Assembly: GCA_965214705.1 (NCBI GenBank)
Contig: OZ243972.1
Location: 2,912,001-2,976,000, forward strand
DNA: 64,000 bases
DNA from: Alphaproteobacteria bacterium
GTDB lineage: Bacteria; Pseudomonadota; Alphaproteobacteria; UBA828
Direction of reading: 5' to 3'
Positions within the stretch are counted from its first letter, which is position 1. Each line of letters begins with the position of its first letter. Positions 22,196 to 31,940 of this stretch are shown here, piece by piece. Below the pieces are notes generated by a model. The model saw only the letters and a list, made by a program, of their open reading frames with translations. It had not been told where the DNA came from and did not search any database. The translations under genes were made by a program, and so were the position numbers.

Positions 22196-24291
22196 CCCAT
22201 CTTTGCCACTTTTCGGTCCCGAAGGCCTGATTTTGGGTAGCCTTTGGGATCTAAGGCACTGATTTTGTTGGATTGTGTTTTGGGAAGTCCATTGTAGTGC
22301 CATAATCTTTGGTCTGTGGGCCGGCGCTCCTTGACAGTCCGCAAACTGTCCGTGACCCTGCCGCCATGTTCATTCGCAAAACCCTCACCGGTCGCGGAGA
22401 CGGTGGCGAGCGCTATGCCACCTACCGCCTCGTGCGCAGCGAACGCATCGGCGGAAGGGTGCGCCAGGTCACGCTCCTCAATCTCGGCGCCGACTTCGGT
22501 GTGCCCGAGGAGCAATGGCGCGAATTGGCGCTTCTGATCGAAACCCTTCTCGCCGGCAGCGAGCCGCTGCTGGAGCCGGATGCCGCCTTGCGCCCCGTCG
22601 CCGAGGACGTCGTACGGCGGCTTCACGCCCGCGATCTCGGCGCGTCGCGGCCCGGGGACGAGAGCGACCTGGCCACGGTCCGTCTCGATAGCCTCTCCCA
22701 CGAACAGGTCCGCTCGGTGGGCTGCGAGCGCCTGGCTCTCGCCGCGCTTGACGACCTTCGCTTCATCGAGACGCTGGAGAGGCTGGGCGCAAGTGAGCGC
22801 GACGCACGCATCGCGGCGGCACTGGTGGTCGCGCGCATGATCCATCCCTCCAGCGAGCGCGAGGCCTTCCGCTGGCTGAGCGCGAACAGCGCGACCCTGG
22901 AGTTGCTCGATGTCGACAGCGGCAAGTCGCTCACGCTCAGCAAGCTCTACCGCATCGGCGACCTCTTGTGGCGTCACCGCGCGGCGCTTGAAGAGGCGCT
23001 GTGCGCCCGGGAGCGCGATCTCTTCGGCATCCCCGACACCATCGTCTTCTTCGACCTGACCAACACCCATATGACCGGACGGCCCAGCTCCGCGCTGGCC
23101 CGCTTCGGGCGCTCGAAGCAGAGGCGTGACGATTGTCCGATCGTGACCCTGGCCCTGTCGCTGAACCAGGCCGGCTTTCCGCAGCACAGCGAGATCCTGC
23201 CCGGCAACATCTCCGAGCCGGCCACTCTCGCCGACGCCATCGGGCGGCTGGAATGCCAAGCGCGCGGCAGCAACGCCCCCAGGCCCACGGTCATCATGGA
23301 CGCCGGCATCTCCACCGAGGCCAACCTCGCCTGGCTGCGGGCGGGCGGCTATCACTGGATCACCGTTCGCCGCGGCGTCTCGGCGCCGCCCGGGCGCGAA
23401 GCCGATGCCGCCTTCGAAACCCGGGCCGGCCACGATGCCCGCGCCTGGCGTCTCGCGGCAGGGGACGACGAAGCGCACCTGTGCGTCTGGAGCCATGAGC
23501 GCCAGCAGAAGGACGAGGCCGTGCTCGCCCGTCAGCGTCACAACTTCGAGGACGCCCTGCGCGCCCTGCATGGCGGGCTGTCGAAGAAGAACCACATCAA
23601 GCAGTTCACCAAGGTGATGGAGAAGCTGGGCCGGCTGAAGGAAAGGTACAGGCGCGTCCACCGTCAGTACGACATCGAGGTCGAGCCCGGAGAGAAGGGG
23701 CGGGCCAGTGCGGTCCGCTGGAGGCGCAACGCTCTCCATGCCGAGCGCGACCGCCAAGCGGGCATCTATGTGCTGCGCACCAGCCACGTCGAGTGGGATC
23801 TTGAAACCGTGGTCCGAACCTACTGGAAGCTCACAGAGCTCGAGGCCACCTTCCGCAGCCTGAAATCCGAAATCGGCCTGCGCCCGGTCTGGCACTCCAA
23901 GACCTCGCGCATCGCCGCCCACCTGTTCATCGCCGTCCTCGCCTACCACGCGGTTCATCTGCTGCGAACCCGTCTGGCGGCGCACGGCTTGCATGACCGC
24001 TGGAGTACGATCCGCGACAAGCTCGCGGGCTGGGTGCGTCTCACCTCCACCATCCGGGAGGTGGACGGAAACCGCATCGTCATCCGCCAGGATGCTCAAC
24101 CCGACGCCGAGGCGCGCGTCATCGCGCAGGCGGCGGGCCTCACGGTGGATCCCCACAGGCGCCGGGCGGTGCTCCCGGGAGTGTCGCGATGAGCGCACAA
24201 ACGTAGTGCCATAATCCCAGATGGGCCAGAAAATCAGCCCATCATCGCAACTACTTAGGTCGCAGGCGCGCGCCAAAATGGCAAAGATGGG
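22196..24291 (+). mobile_element. IS1634-family insertion sequence (2096 bp)
   Basis: Terminal inverted repeats CCCATCTTTGCCACTTTT (from 22196) and AAAATGGCAAAGATGGG (to 24291); TTTA on both flanks (22192-22195, 24292-24295). Confidence 0.88.
22366..24192 (+). CDS. IS1634-family DDE transposase
   Basis: MFIRKT...YRLVRSERIGGRVRQVTLLNLG; FFDLTN, FGRSKQRRDD, VIMDAGI, LEATFRSLKSEIGLRPVWH. Confidence 0.92.
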   Translation: MFIRKTLTGRGDGGERYATYRLVRSERIGGRVRQVTLLNLGADFGVPEEQWRELALLIETLLAGSEPLLEPDAALRPVAEDVVRRLHARDLGASRPGDESDLATVRLDSLSHEQVRSVGCERLALAALDDLRFIETLERLGASERDARIAAALVVARMIHPSSEREAFRWLSANSATLELLDVDSGKSLTLSKLYRIGDLLWRHRAALEEALCARERDLFGIPDTIVFFDLTNTHMTGRPSSALARFGRSKQRRDDCPIVTLALSLNQAGFPQHSEILPGNISEPATLADAIGRLECQARGSNAPRPTVIMDAGISTEANLAWLRAGGYHWITVRRGVSAPPGREADAAFETRAGHDARAWRLAAGDDEAHLCVWSHERQQKDEAVLARQRHNFEDALRALHGGLSKKNHIKQFTKVMEKLGRLKERYRRVHRQYDIEVEPGEKGRASAVRWRRNALHAERDRQAGIYVLRTSHVEWDLETVVRTYWKLTELEATFRSLKSEIGLRPVWHSKTSRIAAHLFIAVLAYHAVHLLRTRLAAHGLHDRWSTIRDKLAGWVRLTSTIREVDGNRIVIRQDAQPDAEARVIAQAAGLTVDPHRRRAVLPGVSR

Positions 24292-24380
24292 TTTAGATGC
24301 ACGACGCTTTGAGGGCTGGGTCAACCCGTATGAGACTCGGTCCTCTGAACCGCTGTGGCCCTGGCCCCTTATTCATCTTC

Positions 24381-25961
24381 TTACTGGCTTGCCAGGGTAT
24401 CGGCCGTCGCAGCAGCCAAGACCTCTTCTTCCGTCGTTTCCGCGGTTTTGTAAGTTCCCACCACGGCGCCCGCTCGCAATACAACTATTCTGTCTGCGGT
24501 GAGAAATATCTCCTCAAGGTCCGAAGATACCACCATCACCGCTTTTCCTTCCTTTGCCAACTCGTCGATTACGTCGTAAACCTCTTTCTTGGTGGCGATA
24601 TCGACACCTTGGGTCGGATCATGAAATATGAAGATGTCCGGATCGCTGGCCAGAAGGCGCGCGATCACGACCTTCTGCTGATTACCGCCGCTCAGTTGGC
24701 CGATGAGATCATCCGTTGAGCTGATCTTAATTCTGAATCGATCGACATATGACTTCGCGAGCGTTGCTTCGCCAGATGGCTTCAGCACGCCTCCGGCCGA
24801 AACATCGGAAAGCATGAGCAGCGTAATGTGCTGCGCGACCGTCAATACCGGAAATATCGCGTCCTTGCCGCGATCTGCCGGCACATACCCAATGCCGGCC
24901 CTGATCGCCTCACTAGGAGCTCCGATACTCACAGATTTTTCATCAACGGAAATAGTCCCCGTCGGATGAACATGGCTCATACCCAGCAAGCTGCCAACCA
25001 AAGCGTCGGTTCCAGAACCGACCGAGCCAAATACGCCTAAGATTTCTCCGGCATGAATTGACAGCGTAACCGTCGACAGCTGTGCCGGGCCTAGCCTATT
25101 GAGAGGCGCCAACGATAGGTCCTGGATGGACAGCATTTCCTTGCCGCGCTCATAGCCCGTTCTGCTTTCCAGTTGGACGCTCCGTCCTACCATCGCCCGC
25201 ACGACGCGCTGAGTCACCTCTACCGGGTCGCCACGGTCAAGGTGATCAGCCACGCGACCATCCCGGAGCACGGTAATGCGATCGGCGATACTGGCGATCT
25301 CGTCCAGCCGGTGCGAAATGTAGATGATCGAAATGCCGCGGTTCTTCAGTTCAAGGACGTAATCGAATAGCACTTGTGTTTCCGTTTCCGTCAGCGCCGC
25401 CGTCGGCTCATCCAGCGCAAGCACGCGGACACCACGTGCCATCGCTCTCGTAATAATGACGAGCTTCTGTTTGGCGGCAGACAAGCTCCTCATCGAGTCG
25501 GTGGGGCTGCAATCAATACGAAAATCGTCGATTAGCTTCTTGGCATCGCCGAGCATTCTGTTCCAGTCGACTATGCCGAAGCGGTGCGGCTCGCGATTAA
25601 GGAAGATGTTTTCTGCAACGCTGAGTTCAGACACGACCTGAAGATCTTGCGGAACGAGGAATATTCCTGCGGCTTCAGCTTCCGAGATGTTGTGAGTATT
25701 GAGCCTCTTACCTTCGAGACGAAGTTCTCCGTCATATGTGTTGACTCCGTAAACTCCACAAATCACTTTCACCAGAGTTGACTTTCCTGCACCATTTTCA
25801 CCCACAACCGCATGCACGTCGTGTCGCCGGAATTCAACTGTGACATGGTCCAGGGCGCGGGTCGCTTCAAAGTTCTTGCTGATATCATCCGCGGTCAAGA
25901 TGACAGAGTGCTCGTGACCAGAAACCCGCTCTACTGCTGATTGGTTTTGTGGTTCATACAT
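24381..25961 (-). CDS. Monosaccharide-type (CUT2) ABC transporter ATP-binding protein, two ATPase domains
   Basis: GENGAGKSTL, LDEPTAAL, ISHRLDE, LSGGNQQKV, PTQGVDI; start at ATG 25961 overlaps the upstream stop. Confidence 0.92.
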   Translation of the reverse strand: MYEPQNQSAVERVSGHEHSVILTADDISKNFEATRALDHVTVEFRRHDVHAVVGENGAGKSTLVKVICGVYGVNTYDGELRLEGKRLNTHNISEAEAAGIFLVPQDLQVVSELSVAENIFLNREPHRFGIVDWNRMLGDAKKLIDDFRIDCSPTDSMRSLSAAKQKLVIITRAMARGVRVLALDEPTAALTETETQVLFDYVLELKNRGISIIYISHRLDEIASIADRITVLRDGRVADHLDRGDPVEVTQRVVRAMVGRSVQLESRTGYERGKEMLSIQDLSLAPLNRLGPAQLSTVTLSIHAGEILGVFGSVGSGTDALVGSLLGMSHVHPTGTISVDEKSVSIGAPSEAIRAGIGYVPADRGKDAIFPVLTVAQHITLLMLSDVSAGGVLKPSGEATLAKSYVDRFRIKISSTDDLIGQLSGGNQQKVVIARLLASDPDIFIFHDPTQGVDIATKKEVYDVIDELAKEGKAVMVVSSDLEEIFLTADRIVVLRAGAVVGTYKTAETTEEEVLAAATADTLASQ

Positions 25962-26994
25962 CTTCGGAGTTCCCGCCGCGACTGGTATTGCGCTCCCCGC
26001 CCTGAGCAGGGATCGTTTCAATGCTTGCTGGCGAGGTAAGTTCTTCAAACTGTCGCCGAAGCTCAATTGCCTCTTCGATGCCGATCAGTTTGAACCGCAA
26101 GATCTGTCCGGGCCGGGCCTGACCAATTTTCCAGAGCGACGCAGACACCACCACTACAGGATTTATGAAGCCCCCCATGGTCGGAGCGTCTGCCGGCAGA
26201 ATGATCGGTGTATCGCCGCACAGATTGACCGCCCCCAATGGGTAACCAGCGCTTACGACATTGGTGGGATCGGGCCCATGCTGGGGATCCTTGTCCAGAG
26301 CTCGCCTCGAAAAGGTCAGCTGAGGCCCCTTCAGGCGCATCCCGGTTCGGTCGCTTCGGCCGGTAATCTTCCATGGCCCGTCGAGGAGGGTTTCCTGCCC
26401 GTTCGAATCGAGCCAATCGAAATGAGGACCCACCGTAACCTCTACAGACCACTCGTTCGGATAGGTGGGCCGCCCCGCGGCTTTGACCCGGCATTCGGTT
26501 GCCGCCGCTGCAGTGCCGAAGCTAAGCAGCTCGTCGGCCTTGAGAGGTCCCGCACCGCCGAAACCCGACGGAAATGCGGATTTGCTGCCGAGTATTGTCT
26601 CCGCTTCAAAACCTCCCGCGATGGCGATGTAGAGCCGTGCTCCTGTTCGGGCCCAAGGGCACGCCAAGATCTGCCCCGACCGCGCGCTGACAGTTTCCCA
26701 GAGCGGAATCGGCTCGTCATCCAGAAGGGGCTGCCAGTCTCCGCCCGTCAATGCGATGACTGCATCACCGAGAAACTCGAGTTTTACCCCGACAAATTGG
26801 ACTTCCAATGCCGCGGCAGTTGGCGGATTACCGACCAAGAGATTGGCAAGCTTAAAGGCGGCCGCATCCATGGGGCCCGATAATGGAATCCCTACCCGCC
26901 AGTAGCCGATCCGCCCAGGATAATCCTGGATGCAGGTTTGCAGACCGGGCTCTAAGACGCGGATCGAGTTCGACATCGCTGTGCCATCAATCAT
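25954..26994 (-). CDS. AHS2 / PxpC-like carboxyltransferase-domain protein
   Basis: VLEPGLQTCIQDYPGR.GY, SGPMD, ANLLVGN, GARLYIAIAGG, SDRTGMRL, DAPTMGGF. Confidence 0.88.
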   Translation of the reverse strand: MIDGTAMSNSIRVLEPGLQTCIQDYPGRIGYWRVGIPLSGPMDAAAFKLANLLVGNPPTAAALEVQFVGVKLEFLGDAVIALTGGDWQPLLDDEPIPLWETVSARSGQILACPWARTGARLYIAIAGGFEAETILGSKSAFPSGFGGAGPLKADELLSFGTAAAATECRVKAAGRPTYPNEWSVEVTVGPHFDWLDSNGQETLLDGPWKITGRSDRTGMRLKGPQLTFSRRALDKDPQHGPDPTNVVSAGYPLGAVNLCGDTPIILPADAPTMGGFINPVVVVSASLWKIGQARPGQILRFKLIGIEEAIELRRQFEELTSPASIETIPAQGGERNTSRGGNSEDV

Positions 26995-27920
26995 ATGTGG
27001 TCGGCAGAACGGTCCAAACCTGCAAGCCAGTCTTCATAGCGCGAAAACGAAAAAACCTCGTAGCCCCATATCAAATAGCGGTACGTGCCTGCCTTCACCT
27101 GCGCCTCAATGAACTCGTTTTCCTCGGACGATATTGGGCGAAACTTGATGCGATCGCCGGGCTCCAGGAGCGTTGCCTTCTCCCTGAACGGGACGAGACG
27201 GGTGTCCAAGCTGTAGATCGGAGTTGGCGTCCGGCCGATGATGTAATAGCCCCCTGGTGAGTCCACGGGGTAAATCGACGTGAAACCGCCCCCGACGCCA
27301 ATCGCGCCGGCCACTGTATAAAGTCGCGGCGGATTGTACTTGGGCACTGTCAGCGTGACCCGTGGATCCAGCGGCAGCAATTCAGGAGTTCCGGCATAAA
27401 ACCCGATGCCCGCCACCCAGTGTTGTGTGCTTGAATGACGTCGCACCAGCTCTTCGGGCCCGCTAAGCCCATTAATTCGAGCAACATAGGTTGGGTTATC
27501 TTCCATTGGAGCAATTTGCCTGTTGTATTGCTCGACACATTCCCGAGTGAGCGGATCACGATAGTAAACCGGGAGCTCCATCAGGCGCGAAGCCAAGGTC
27601 ATGTCGACTTCGTCCGCCATTTCGTTCCACACTGTCTCAACAACACTCCTGAGACGAGTCGGAGACAAGGCAAGAGAATCATAGTGAATGAGAACGGAGA
27701 CAAACATCGGGAGGGTCTCGATGATCCCTTCTATCTTTTCGTCCATAATCCGCTTGGCCAGCTGAATGACCTTGATGTTCAACGACAATTCCATCCCTTC
27801 GCCAACCTCGACCAGAACAAAGCGATCCCCACCCAGAAGAAAGCGAATGCCTCCTTCGACAATAGGGGGCGGCATATCGGCAACGCCTGCCTTCGCTGCC
27901 TTCGGGGAGTTCATCTGCAC
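26991..27920 (-). CDS. AHS1 / PxpB-like carboxyltransferase-domain protein (long form)
   Basis: GDRFVLVEV, IIETLP, LPVYY.DP, ARINGL, GF.AG.P, PKYNPPR, GAIGVGG, IYP..SPGGY..IGRTP, GDRIKF. Confidence 0.88.
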   Translation of the reverse strand: MQMNSPKAAKAGVADMPPPIVEGGIRFLLGGDRFVLVEVGEGMELSLNIKVIQLAKRIMDEKIEGIIETLPMFVSVLIHYDSLALSPTRLRSVVETVWNEMADEVDMTLASRLMELPVYYRDPLTRECVEQYNRQIAPMEDNPTYVARINGLSGPEELVRRHSSTQHWVAGIGFYAGTPELLPLDPRVTLTVPKYNPPRLYTVAGAIGVGGGFTSIYPVDSPGGYYIIGRTPTPIYSLDTRLVPFREKATLLEPGDRIKFRPISSEENEFIEAQVKAGTYRYLIWGYEVFSFSRYEDWLAGLDRSADHI

Positions 27921-27961
27921 GCGTTCCTCTATTGCCCGTCAACGAACTCAAAAAGCCGCTT

Positions 27962-29140
27962 TCATCGCCCGGAGGCTCTGCCACGCTTGTCGAGGTAAAC
28001 AGCAACGAGCAAGACCAATCCATTGGCAATCATCTGGTAATTAGTGTCTATGTTCATAAGCCCCATTCCATTGTTGAGGCTTTCCAGGAGCAAGGCGCCA
28101 ATAACCGCCCCCAGCGGTGTACCGATGCCGCCGAAAAGACTGGTGCCCCCGATGACCGCTGAGGCAATGACGGCGAGCTCCAGCGCAATGCCGGCATTGG
28201 GAACGGCAACACCAACGCGGCCATCGAGAATCAGGCCAGCCATTGCATAGAGTGAGCCCATTAGCGTGAACGCGGCGAAGACATTCCACTTGGTATTGAT
28301 GCCTGCATAGATCGCCGCAGAGGGATTGCCGCCAATCGCATAGAGGCGTCGGCCAAAGACCGTGCGCGCCATCAGGAAGGTAACAATGGCTATGACTGCT
28401 CCGAGTATCGCAATCGATACTGGCGTCCCCCGATATGAGAAGGCGATTCCGGTTACGGCGATCGCGAGCAATCCCATCAAAAGCACCGGCAGACCTGCGG
28501 CAGCGAAAAAGCTCAGAGGTCGATTCGGGTCGGCAATGCGAGACCGCGCCCGCCAGTCGAAATACTTGGTTATGCTATAGCCAGAAACGACAACGGCCAT
28601 TGCAATCGCGGTCCAGGACGCGGAAATAAAGTCAGCAGCAAGAAACGTCAGGAGGCCATTATGGGTAACGGTCGAGCCTCCGGTTATGGTCAATGCGGCG
28701 CCGCGAAGCGCGAGGAGGCTTGCTAAAGTCACAATGAAGGCGGGCACACCCATCCAGGCAACCCAAAAGCCTTGCCACATGCCGATGAGCAGTCCAAGTC
28801 CTATGGTAATCGCGCAAATTAACAATGGGTCCGTGGTAAAGCCCAAACCCCTTACGGGATCGACAAGCAACGCCGCAAATACGCCCGTAAAGGCCACTGC
28901 AGAGCCTATGGATAAGTCAATGTGCCCTGGTACCATCACCATGACGATGCCAACGGCTAGAATCGCGGTGATTGCGACCTGGATTGTTAGTGTCGTCAGA
29001 TTTCGTGGAGACAGGAACAGTCCGTCGGTCAGAACTTGAAACACGATCCAGACACCGACGAGGACTCCGACGAGGGTCAGGGCGCGCAGCTGCGCGACTG
29101 GGATCCGTCCGCTTACGAAGAAAAGGCTAGGGAATCGCAT
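27962..29140 (-). CDS. Sugar ABC transporter permease (XylH/GguB-like)
   Basis: FLSPRNL, IDLSIGS, PAFIVTL, T.FGR.LYAIGGN, ELAVIASAVIGGTSL.GG.G. Confidence 0.92.
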   Translation of the reverse strand: MRFPSLFFVSGRIPVAQLRALTLVGVLVGVWIVFQVLTDGLFLSPRNLTTLTIQVAITAILAVGIVMVMVPGHIDLSIGSAVAFTGVFAALLVDPVRGLGFTTDPLLICAITIGLGLLIGMWQGFWVAWMGVPAFIVTLASLLALRGAALTITGGSTVTHNGLLTFLAADFISASWTAIAMAVVVSGYSITKYFDWRARSRIADPNRPLSFFAAAGLPVLLMGLLAIAVTGIAFSYRGTPVSIAILGAVIAIVTFLMARTVFGRRLYAIGGNPSAAIYAGINTKWNVFAAFTLMGSLYAMAGLILDGRVGVAVPNAGIALELAVIASAVIGGTSLFGGIGTPLGAVIGALLLESLNNGMGLMNIDTNYQMIANGLVLLVAVYLDKRGRASGR

Positions 29141-29353
29141 GAAGCCTGCTTGTCCTACTCTTCTAGGTAGGATGTGAGTCGCTTCATGCTAAGTTTGGCC
29201 GGAATTTCGTTCAACGACAATACTTGGAGAGCATGAGCGAATTCGCAAATCGGAAAAGATCGCGGGTCCACTATAGGGAACCCGCGATCCATTCCAAAGA
29301 TCGCCTCAGGTCGGCGAAGCAACCCAAGCGACCGAGTCTTCGGAAACCGTATC

Positions 29354-30451
29354 CTAAATCCCCAGTTCTTCCCGGGTCACCCACCATGGGTTGGCATCCG
29401 CAAACTCGGAAACCGAAATGGAGTCCGGCTCCGTGCCGTCGATCGTCACGTTGACAATGTCGATCTTATCCCAGGGAACGTCGCCCCACCCATTGTTATA
29501 GGTGGAATTGGCACTACTGGGGAGACCTGCCAGCTTCTCATAGAGAAGATCGGCGGCCCGAGAGCCCATCAAGTCAAACTTGGTCCAGGCCGTGACGAGC
29601 GTTTCTTTTGCGAGGACCAGCTTGAGTGCCTGAGGCTCCGCATCTTCACCGGTCACGGGAATCTTGCCGGCCAGCCCTTGCGCGCGCAGTGCCTCGATCA
29701 CGCCGTATGCGCCGCCATCCCAGGAGCACGCGACCGCAGCGATGTTATTGTCGTTTGCGGTCAGTGCCTGCTCGACCTGCTTGCGTGCCAACTCGCCCGA
29801 CCAAGCGCGCATGTACTGGTCGTGGACGATTGTTATGGCCCCACTGTCAACGAACGGCTGAATAATTTCCATGATGCCCTGGTGTTTCAGCCGGGCGATG
29901 TCGGTGCCGATGTCGCCATTGGTGAAAACGTAGTTGCCCTCCGGCGCAGCCGCCGTGGCAGCGCGGCCAAGCATGCGGCCAAGCTCGACTCCATCTCGGG
30001 CGGCGATGCCGGCCAGCTCCACATTCGGGATAATGTAGTTCTCCGAAACGACCGGAACGCCCGCATCATTGCACTTTCGAACGCTGGCGACCGCCGCATC
30101 GATATCAACGGGAACCAGCGCAAGCCCATCGATGCCTTGAGTCAGCATATTTTCTACTTGGCTTGCCTGAAGAATGGGATCGCTATTGGAGGAAATTAGG
30201 GGCAACGGTTCCATTCCCAGCTCTTCAGCACGACGGTTAAAGTACTCTCCATCGGCTGCTTTCCAGCGTTGCTGATCAAAGCTGGGCAGAATAATCGCCA
30301 CCTTGAACTTCTTGGTATCGCCATACGTAATTCGGGGAATGGTCGCCGCAGCAACTGTTGCAGCGGCTGCCCCGGATGCCTTGGTCAAGACCTCCCGCCG
30401 CGTATGCTTCTTGACGCCTTGGTCCTTCTTATTGGTTGTTTTTTCCGACAT
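29354..30451 (-). CDS. Sugar ABC transporter substrate-binding protein (XylF/ChvE-like) with Tat-like signal
   Basis: TRREVL twin-arginine leader; QRWKAD, Q.SQVENM, WSGE.A, VTGEDA. Confidence 0.88.
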   Translation of the reverse strand: MSEKTTNKKDQGVKKHTRREVLTKASGAAAATVAAATIPRITYGDTKKFKVAIILPSFDQQRWKAADGEYFNRRAEELGMEPLPLISSNSDPILQASQVENMLTQGIDGLALVPVDIDAAVASVRKCNDAGVPVVSENYIIPNVELAGIAARDGVELGRMLGRAATAAAPEGNYVFTNGDIGTDIARLKHQGIMEIIQPFVDSGAITIVHDQYMRAWSGELARKQVEQALTANDNNIAAVACSWDGGAYGVIEALRAQGLAGKIPVTGEDAEPQALKLVLAKETLVTAWTKFDLMGSRAADLLYEKLAGLPSSANSTYNNGWGDVPWDKIDIVNVTIDGTEPDSISVSEFADANPWWVTREELGI

Positions 30452-30806
30452 GATCTAATCCTCCCCTGGGTTGATAAAAATCTGTGCAACCGTATCGTAT
30501 CACCTTCAAACCTCTATTGCAAAGCGGCCATCTTCGACTGTGATCGTAAAAGGCATTTGATTACATATGGTTATGTGTCGGCGGTGGCGCTTATCACCGC
30601 AAGCCGGGCCAGGTATGCCGGGGGTGCCTTGGCAAGCCGGGGCATGCTCTTCCGGGAGCTGGTCGCGTTAGCGCAGCACGGCTATGGTATGGGTGGGTGA
30701 CGTCGCAGCGTGGCACGAAGATGCCCTCGTATCTGGTTCCTCAGCCAGCCTGCCGGGATCGATCTCGGGGGCGGCACCAGGAGGGCATTTGAGCGACGCA
30801 CTCTCC

Positions 30807-31406
30807 TTACTTCACTAAACTCCTTACAAAATGCAATATCACCCATAACTTCATGCCCTTCTGATTGGTTTTGATTTCACGCAATTCTACAACGACGTCT
30901 TCAACTTCAAAAGCGATCGATAACTGATTGAACCAATAGGCGTGATCTATGGGTTCACCGCCGTAAAATCCGAATATGATATAGCTGTCGTTTCCGCTAA
31001 CCTTGATTCTCGCGAACGGAACTCGAGCCGATGTAACTTCCTCTTCCAAGCGGAGCCAAGCCTTGCGCTGCTCCATCAGGAATTGTTCCCCGGCTTCATT
31101 TCGAAACACAAACCTTGTTATTTCAGGGCTGCCTGGAATTTCGGCCAGACCAGCAATCGTGTATCCGCGAGGAATTCTAAGCGGACGAACGACATCAAAG
31201 CCTGCCGTCTTGCAAGCCTCTTCAATCAACGCCAGCTCGGCGTCTTCCGATACTTTGCGAAGAGAACGCAAAAGCGGACCACACAATAGTGAAACGATGT
31301 TGGCAACATGTATTCGAACCTTGAACCGCCACTTTTGGTATGCCGTCGCTCTTGATTCCGGAAAAGTGCCGTAACGGCCGCGAGAAAAAGAATCACCTGA
31401 ACTCAT
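30807..31406 (-). CDS. Hypothetical protein (weak resemblance to DUF4367-type domains)
   Basis: 199-aa ORF in low-GC DNA with a GGAT/ATG start context; EEACKTAGFDVVRPLRIPRGY pattern; no firm family. Confidence 0.45.
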   Translation of the reverse strand: MSSGDSFSRGRYGTFPESRATAYQKWRFKVRIHVANIVSLLCGPLLRSLRKVSEDAELALIEEACKTAGFDVVRPLRIPRGYTIAGLAEIPGSPEITRFVFRNEAGEQFLMEQRKAWLRLEEEVTSARVPFARIKVSGNDSYIIFGFYGGEPIDHAYWFNQLSIAFEVEDVVVELREIKTNQKGMKLWVILHFVRSLVK

Positions 31407-31868
31407 GGATGAACGTTAGCCCAAGGAAATAAACGCAGCAATCACATCGGGGAGCCAAGCTGTTGATCGCAATGCTGGGGTGGACCAAGTTCAGCACCGT
31501 CTGCGGTACGCTTTTCGCCACGGGCGCCTCGGTCGGCAGGAATGTGACTGGGGTAGACGGCCAAATCGAAGGTAAGGCTTATCCCTCTGGCTCCGGTTCC
31601 CCAACATGTTGTACCGGCCACCTCGGCGGCGGTATCCGACACGGTCGCAGTTCCTTCCGTGTCTCAATGGGTTGCCCGTAAAGTGCCCAGCGATCCGGCA
31701 CCCCACATATGGAGAAGCCGGATGTAAGGGGATAAGCCTTTCGAAGGTATCATCCCCGGCCTGGTCGCGTTCCGCCGCAGCCCATCTCGTCCTGACCGGC
31801 TGGAGGAAGAGAAGTGGGTATGGGTTCGGCCAGCACGGCCTGACCCAAGCCGCAACGCGTGCGCCACG

Positions 31869-31901
31869 CCAGCGGCCTGTTACCAGCGGCCTGTTACCAG
31901 C
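31869..31901. repeat. 14-bp tandem repeat CCAGCGGCCTGTTA x2.4
   Basis: Units at 31869-31882 and 31883-31896, partial 31897-31901, 40 bp upstream of the aldehyde dehydrogenase. Confidence 0.8.
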
Positions 31902-31940
31902 TTATTGCAGATCGGCTCACGCGCCTCAGCAGAAAGGTAG

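Noticed and set aside
30600-30700. LFRELVALAQHGYGMGG as an IS21/ISL3 transposase remnant
   Set aside because: Too short to support; no IRs or further motifs seen
30711-30724. TGGCACGAAGATGC as a sigma54 promoter
   Set aside because: GG-to-GC spacing is 9 nt rather than the required 10, and no downstream co-oriented gene
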